Shown here: in pieces, positions 33,240 through 36,993 of the stretch
How positions within the stretch are numbered: the stretch's first letter is position 1
How the letters are laid out: every line of letters starts with the position of its first letter
Assembly (NCBI GenBank): GCA_964458825.1
Contig: CAYWLE010000001.1
Location: 1 to 36,993 of the forward strand
From: an uncultured Oscillospiraceae bacterium
GTDB lineage: Bacteria > Bacillota > Clostridia > Christensenellales > Aristaeellaceae
Length of the DNA stretch: 36,993 nt
Reading direction: 5' to 3'
The notes under the pieces: model-generated
Databases searched by the model: none
What the model saw: the letters and a program-made list of their open reading frames with translations, nothing else
Told to the model about the DNA's origin: nothing
Position numbers and translations under genes: made by a program

Positions 33240-33643
33240 AAGGGCGGCGGCGACGTTTACATCCATATGGTCGCTGTGGTCGTGGGTGGTCAGCAGGGTG
33301 TCCACATTGCGCAAGGCAAAGGGATCGATCACGCAGGGTACATTGCGCAGGTTCGGCTGGATCTTCTGGCAGCCGATGAAATCAATAATTTCATCGAGGA
33401 GCTTGCCCCCAGCGGCGTTGCCGTGCTGCTGGCAGGCATCGACCGCACGGTATCCGGCACCGCCGCCCTCGCAGGCGCGGTCTGCTGCACAACCATCGTC
33501 AGCCACGGCATTACGCTATCCAGATTTGAGATACCCGCCTTCCTGCTCACGCTGGCAACCCTTGTGAAAAGCAGCCTTGAATTGACAAGCGCCGTCCCAT
33601 GGATTATACTGTTTTTAACCACAGTTTTGCTGCTTTTGCCCAT
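33240..33643 (-). pseudogene. ulaG: frameshifted, truncated remnant of a UlaG-type MBL-fold lactonase
   Basis: One - strand frame reads KIQPNLRNVPCVIDPFALRNVDTLLTTHDHSDHMDVNVAAAL. This closely matches the UlaG segment as I recall it ([42 protein letters not shown]). The upstream part (MGKSSK...VMPWL) lies in another frame, and TAG sits just upstream of GTG 33506. Homology is lost after ~130 codons, whereas an intact UlaG has ~350. Confidence 0.5.
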
Positions 33644-33676
33644 GAAAAAATGGCATTTCCGCCGCAAAAACAACTC

Positions 33677-33709
33677 AAATGACCAACCATAGACCAATCA
33701 CAGACCAAT
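33677..33709 (+). repeat. three tandem 11-nt units (AAATGACCAAC CATAGACCAAT CACAGACCAAT) just upstream of the thioesterase RBS
   Basis: Read directly. The last two units are 10/11 identical. The unit recurs at 16404-16424. Confidence 0.6.
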
Positions 33710-33741
33710 ACAAAACTGGCAATCCAAGGAGAAAAAACAGC

Positions 33742-34389
33742 ATGTCGGAACGCAAAATGAAGCGGGTGCAGGACTCCTATACCACGCAGGTGCAGCTGCT
33801 GACCCAAGGCAACCTGAACGGCTATAACCGCCTCTTTGGAGGTCAACTGATGAGCTGGATGGATATCGTGGCTGGCGTCACGGCACGCCGCCATTCCGAG
33901 CGCAACGTGACCACCGTATCGGTGGAGGAGCTGGTCTTTCGGGCACCTGCCCGGGCGAATGAAACTCTTATGCTCACCGGCCACGTCTGCCATGTGGGCA
34001 AAAGCTCCATGGATGTGTGCGTTAACGTATATGTGGAGGAGCTGAATGGCAGTCGCAAGCTCATCAATACCGCCCACTTCGTCATGGTTGCTCTGGATGA
34101 AAATGAGCTTCCCACGCAGGAGCTGGTCTTTCGGGCACCTGCCCGGGCGAATGAAACTCTTATGCTCACCGGCCACGTCTGCCATGTGGGCAAAAGCTCC
34201 ATGGATGTGTGCGTTAACGTATATGTGGAGGAGCTGAATGGCAGTCGCAAGCTCATCAATACCGCCCACTTCGTCATGGTTGCTCTGGATGAAAATGAGC
34301 TTCCCACGCAGGTACCCGGTCTGCTGATCGAAACAGAGGAGCAGCAGCGCCAGTGGGACGAGGCTGTCCGGCGGAGGATGCGCAAATGA
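33742..34389 (+). CDS. hotdog-fold acyl-CoA thioesterase (YciA/Acot type) carrying an internal 64-aa exact duplication
   Basis: Start chosen at ATG 33742 (AAGGAG RBS). LFGGQLMSWMDIVAG is the YciA-type motif. Residues ELVFRAPARANETLMLTGHVCHVGKSSMDVCVNVYVEELNGSRKLINTAHFVMVALDENELPTQ occur twice in tandem. Confidence 0.8.
   Translation: MSERKMKRVQDSYTTQVQLLTQGNLNGYNRLFGGQLMSWMDIVAGVTARRHSERNVTTVSVEELVFRAPARANETLMLTGHVCHVGKSSMDVCVNVYVEELNGSRKLINTAHFVMVALDENELPTQELVFRAPARANETLMLTGHVCHVGKSSMDVCVNVYVEELNGSRKLINTAHFVMVALDENELPTQVPGLLIETEEQQRQWDEAVRRRMRK
33928..34311 (+). repeat. perfect direct tandem duplication, 2 x 192 bp (33928-34119 and 34120-34311), in frame
   Basis: Base-by-base comparison shows the two copies are identical. 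The unit boundary can slide by 1-2 nt (shared AG before and G after). The repeat is also visible in the - strand track ORFs 33604..34401 and 33843..34487. Confidence 0.95.
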
Positions 34390-35315
34390 AGCTCTTTGCA
34401 CCGGACTACTACGCCGATTTTGCCTGCCTGAAGGGCGCTTGCAGCCATAGCTGCTGCGTTGGCTGGGAGATCGATATAGACGCCCAAAGCCTAGCGCGCT
34501 ACCAACGCCTCTCCGGCGACTTGGGCGTGCGCCTTCGCAATAGCATAGAGCTTGGAGATGCGCCGCACTTTCGGTTGGCGGCGGGGGAGAGATGCCCCTT
34601 TCTCACGGAAAGCTGTCTTTGTGAGCTGATCCTGCGCCTCGGCTCGGACAGCCTATGCCAGATCTGCGCCGACCACCCACGCTATCGCAGCTTCCTTTCC
34701 GACCGGGTGGAGCTCGGGCTTGGCATGTGCTGTGAGGCTGCCTGCCGCCTGATCCTCAGCCATGCGGAGCCTGTGCGCCTGCAAGCCATCGGCGTGGATA
34801 AGCAGCCAGCCGAGCCGCTTTCGGAGGATGAGGAAGAGCTGCTTGCTCTGCGCAGCGAGCTGATCGCCATCATGCAGGAACGCAGCCAGCCCGTGGCAAG
34901 CCGCGTGGAGCATATGCTGGCCGCTGCCGAGCTTCCCTTCAGCTATGAAGCGCCGCGGTGGGCCGCCTTCCTCGAGGGGCTTGAGCGGCTGGATGATGAC
35001 TGGACAGATAGGCTCCATCGCCTGCGCAGCCAGCCAGAGCAGCCGCTGCCCGACGCGCCGTGGCTGGAGCTTGCACTGGAGCAGCTGATGGTGTACCTTT
35101 TGCTGCGTCACCTGCCTGCCGCGCTGGAGGATGGCGACCTTGCCGGACATGTGCTGCTCTGCGCCGTGCTTTGGCATACCATCCGAGCCATGCTTGCCCG
35201 TGAGGAGGCTTGCAGCCTAGACGCCCTTGCCGAGCTTTGCAGGCTTTGCTCCTCAGAGCTTGAATATTCCGATGAAAACATATGCGCCATCCTCGATGCG
35301 CTTCAATCCATTTAA
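34386..35315 (+). CDS. FliB-like Cys-rich protein (putative lysine-N-methylase family)
   Basis: Start chosen at ATG 34386, giving an ATGA overlap with the thioesterase stop. The N-terminus YYADFACLKGACSHSCCVGWEIDID and later CPFLTESCLCEL...CQICADHPR resemble the FliB/YkgJ Cys-cluster architecture. Confidence 0.55.
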   Translation: MKLFAPDYYADFACLKGACSHSCCVGWEIDIDAQSLARYQRLSGDLGVRLRNSIELGDAPHFRLAAGERCPFLTESCLCELILRLGSDSLCQICADHPRYRSFLSDRVELGLGMCCEAACRLILSHAEPVRLQAIGVDKQPAEPLSEDEEELLALRSELIAIMQERSQPVASRVEHMLAAAELPFSYEAPRWAAFLEGLERLDDDWTDRLHRLRSQPEQPLPDAPWLELALEQLMVYLLLRHLPAALEDGDLAGHVLLCAVLWHTIRAMLAREEACSLDALAELCRLCSSELEYSDENICAILDALQSI

Positions 35316-35330
35316 CCAAACAAGCCACGC

Positions 35331-35362
35331 AAAAACCCTCCGCTTGCTCATCAAACGGAGGG
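35331..35362 (-). terminator. terminator of the cysteine desulfidase gene (may also stop the convergent + strand operon)
   Basis: CCCTCCG (35336-35342) pairs with CGGAGGG (35356-35362). On the - strand the hairpin is followed by TTTTT (35331-35335). Confidence 0.7.
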
Positions 35363-35385
35363 TGAATTATGCCAGCCTGTGCGCT

Positions 35386-36678
35386 CTACACATCCTGCTG
35401 GCCGGTCATGATGCGAATGATCTCCCGGTCGGTTTCCCGCATGCCAAAGCGCCCGAGGCGACCGATGTTGTCGATCGTCTTCTCAACGCCCTTGGTCACG
35501 ATGCCCTCGCCGCCGCGGAACTGCTGACCCGAGCGATACATATTCCAGCCAAGTATGCCCGCATCCACCGCCGCAGCGATCTTTGCCGCGCAGGAGGGCT
35601 TTGCGCCGTCGCAGATCATGCCGGAGATGGTTGCCAAGGCGTTTACCAGCGTGTGGGCAACCTCGGCAAAGCCGCCGCCATTGAGCCACGCGATGGCAGC
35701 GCCGGCCGCGCAGCCGGCGCTCACAGCGCCGCAGTAAGCGCTCAGGCGACCGATGCCTGTCTTCATGTGGATGGTCAAAAGGTCGCTCAGCAGCACGGCG
35801 CGCACCATGGTATCCTGATCCACCTTCAGCTCCTTGGCATACTCGATCACCGGCACGGAGGCTGTGATGCCCTGATTGCCGCTGCCGGATACGATGATGA
35901 CCGGCATTTCGCAACCGCTCATCCTTGCATCCGAGCCAGCCGCCGCCATATAGCGCGCTCGCATCTTCACATCGCTTCCGTAGTTATCCCGGAGCACCTT
36001 GCAGATGTTCGCACCCCAGTCGTTCTTCAGACCTTCCTCGGCGATGGCATAGTTATAGTCGATCTGCCGCTCTACCAAGCCGCGCACGTCCTCAAGCGCA
36101 CAGCCCTCGGCAAATTCCACGATGGCTTCCACGCTCATGCTGCTGCGGTCGGTCAGCCCGTCGGCGTTGGCAGCCTCGCTCACCTTGCCGCGGCTCAGCA
36201 GCCTCTCGCCGTTTTTCTCAATGGAAACGATATTGGTATGGTAGTCTGCGATCCGCAGTCTGACCCAGCTTTCTCCGGCGCGCAGGGTGATGATGATGTC
36301 GAATACCACATCTCCCTCTGCGGGAGCCACGCGCACCTCGCGCTGGTTCAGAAAGGCGCGGATATCAGCCTTCTGCTCGTCCGTTACCTCGCTGATGACC
36401 TCAAGTATCCGCTCAGCCCTGCCGGCAACCACGCCAGCGGCGGCAGCAGCCTCAATGCCCCTAAGCCCGCCGGTATTGGGCACAACAACGCTCTTTACGT
36501 TTTTGATGATGTTGCCGCTCGCCTCCACCAGCACGCTCTCCGGCAGGCAGCCGAGTATTTCCCGCGCCTTTGCCGCGCCGTAAGCAATGGCGATCGGCTC
36601 GGTGCAGCCCATGGCGGGCACCAGCTCCTCGCGCAGTATCTGCACAAAATGATGGTAGCGCGGATCCGTTCTCAGCAC
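35386..36678 (-). CDS. cyuA: UPF0597/YhaM-family L-cysteine desulfidase
   Basis: 430 aa with a GTG start and GGGGGTGG RBS. The N-terminus reads FVQILREELVPAMGCTEPIAIAYGAAKA, the family hallmark GCTEPI. GSGNQG and the C-terminal MICDGAKPSCAAK are also present. Confidence 0.8.
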   Translation of the reverse strand: MLRTDPRYHHFVQILREELVPAMGCTEPIAIAYGAAKAREILGCLPESVLVEASGNIIKNVKSVVVPNTGGLRGIEAAAAAGVVAGRAERILEVISEVTDEQKADIRAFLNQREVRVAPAEGDVVFDIIITLRAGESWVRLRIADYHTNIVSIEKNGERLLSRGKVSEAANADGLTDRSSMSVEAIVEFAEGCALEDVRGLVERQIDYNYAIAEEGLKNDWGANICKVLRDNYGSDVKMRARYMAAAGSDARMSGCEMPVIIVSGSGNQGITASVPVIEYAKELKVDQDTMVRAVLLSDLLTIHMKTGIGRLSAYCGAVSAGCAAGAAIAWLNGGGFAEVAHTLVNALATISGMICDGAKPSCAAKIAAAVDAGILGWNMYRSGQQFRGGEGIVTKGVEKTIDNIGRLGRFGMRETDREIIRIMTGQQDV

Positions 36679-36731
36679 GCCCGTCCACCCCCTCTCAAAG
36701 CTTCTGTATTTACAGCAAAAAACCTATTTTC

Positions 36732-36760
36732 ATTTTAACATGCCTGCGCACAAATTACAA
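36732..36760 (-). promoter_or_regulatory. candidate promoter for cyuA (TTGTAA-17 nt-TAAAAT, TGT-extended -10)
   Basis: On the - strand the -35 lies at 36755-36760 and the -10 at 36732-36737. Confidence 0.5.
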
Positions 36761-36789
36761 GCCTGCCCAGCCTTGCAGGCGGAAAAAGC

Positions 36790-36818
36790 TTGACGGCGCG
36801 GCGGTTCTGCACTATAAT
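36790..36818 (+). promoter_or_regulatory. near-consensus sigma-A promoter (TTGACG-17 nt-TATAAT), divergent from cyuA
   Basis: TTGACG lies at 36790-36795 and TATAAT at 36813-36818 with an exact 17-nt spacer. Confidence 0.65.
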
Positions 36819-36824
36819 AGGCTT

Positions 36825-36993
36825 GCAGTCCGGGCGTGTCTGTGGTTGAAAGTCGATGCCAGGCGCGGGCAAAGCGATCCACGTAAACCGGCAAAAGTCC
36901 GGCGAGCATGGCGCGCCTTAGAAGTAAGTCCTGCCGGAAAAAATCTAACCGAGAGGGCCAGTAGTGGGGAGGCGCATTGCCTTAGGAGCGAAC
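36825..36993 (+). ncRNA. unassigned structured RNA or long 5' leader, truncated by the window end
   Basis: At least 165 nt lie downstream of the promoter with no ORF longer than 21 codons and no RBS+start. A strong helix is possible between AGGCGCG (36861-36867) and CGCGCCT (36912-36918). A CCGG-CAAAAGT-CCGG hairpin lies at 36888-36902. GCCTTAG[A/G]AG is repeated at 36915-36924 and 36979-36988. The family was not identified. Confidence 0.45.

Noticed and set aside
32157-33506. 449-aa - strand ORF taken as one gene
   Set aside because: It is a composite. The C-terminal 272 aa form a complete GDPD with its own RBS, ATG and N-terminal TM. The N-terminal part is read-through from a degraded ulaG-like remnant, with a candidate promoter in between.
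35227-36738. 503-aa + strand ORF opposite cyuA
   Set aside because: It is antisense to the UPF0597/YhaM frame carrying GCTEPI, and it overlaps the end of the FliB-like gene and a terminator.
36825-36993. Assignment of the right-edge RNA to tmRNA, RNase P RNA, SRP RNA, or the lysine, FMN, c-di-GMP, glycine or guanidine riboswitches
   Set aside because: Only short local resemblances were found. For tmRNA there is no GGAUUCGAC-type D-loop, and the only tag-like frame would end ...GEHGAP rather than a hydrophobic ALAA-type tail. For RNase P the P4-like strings deviate at conserved positions, and there is too little sequence upstream for P1-P3. For SRP the GGAAGCAGCC core is absent. The riboswitch cores are incomplete or in the wrong order. 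The RNA is left unassigned.
1-36993. CRISPR arrays, tRNA/rRNA genes, transposases, integrases, phage or toxin-antitoxin/defence modules
   Set aside because: Looked for and not found. The only repeats are the 192-bp tandem duplication and the short 11-nt units. No ORF shows DDE, tyrosine- or serine-recombinase, Cas or typical defence-system motifs.

Overview
GC-rich chromosomal window. Gene order and composition suggest a spore-forming Clostridia lineage, Oscillospiraceae/Ruminococcaceae-like (inference only). Coordinates 1-16.3 kb are a conserved Firmicute block. It starts with glgB on the - strand, cut by the window edge. The + strand then carries spoIIIAA-AB-AC-AD-AE-AF-AG-AH, asp23 plus an AmaP-like gene, nusB, xseA-xseB-ispA-dxs-tlyA, and nadK-argR-recN. 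Many of these genes are joined by ATGA start/stop overlaps. Conserved order breaks after the recN terminator. A ~400-nt AT-richer spacer is followed by an orphan 724-aa membrane sensor with a Cache-like ectodomain, three Cys-rich PAS-like modules and no output domain. The most interesting system follows on the - strand (18.9-24.8 kb), a five-gene operon behind a cobalamin riboswitch. It encodes a lipoprotein with a DUF4430-like domain and an EF-hand loop, a 522-aa protein (alpha/alpha-toroid repeats + TM hairpin + DUF4430, i.e. a membrane-anchored 'split transcobalamin' layout), EcfT, a fused EcfA-A' and an S component. The remainder holds housekeeping and gut-adaptation genes: a 250-aa membrane protein, a nadD-yqeK fusion, rsfS, paaK-family ligase + ACT protein, pepF, a choloylglycine hydrolase and a GDPD. 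It also holds a decayed ulaG-like pseudogene, a hotdog thioesterase with a perfect in-frame 192-bp tandem duplication coupled to a FliB-like Cys-rich protein, and cyuA/yhaM-like cysteine desulfidase. At the right edge a near-consensus promoter drives an unassigned structured RNA that is cut by the window. No CRISPR array, rRNA, tRNA, transposase or integrase was seen. The many long ORFs antisense to the genes called here are treated as GC-composition artefacts.
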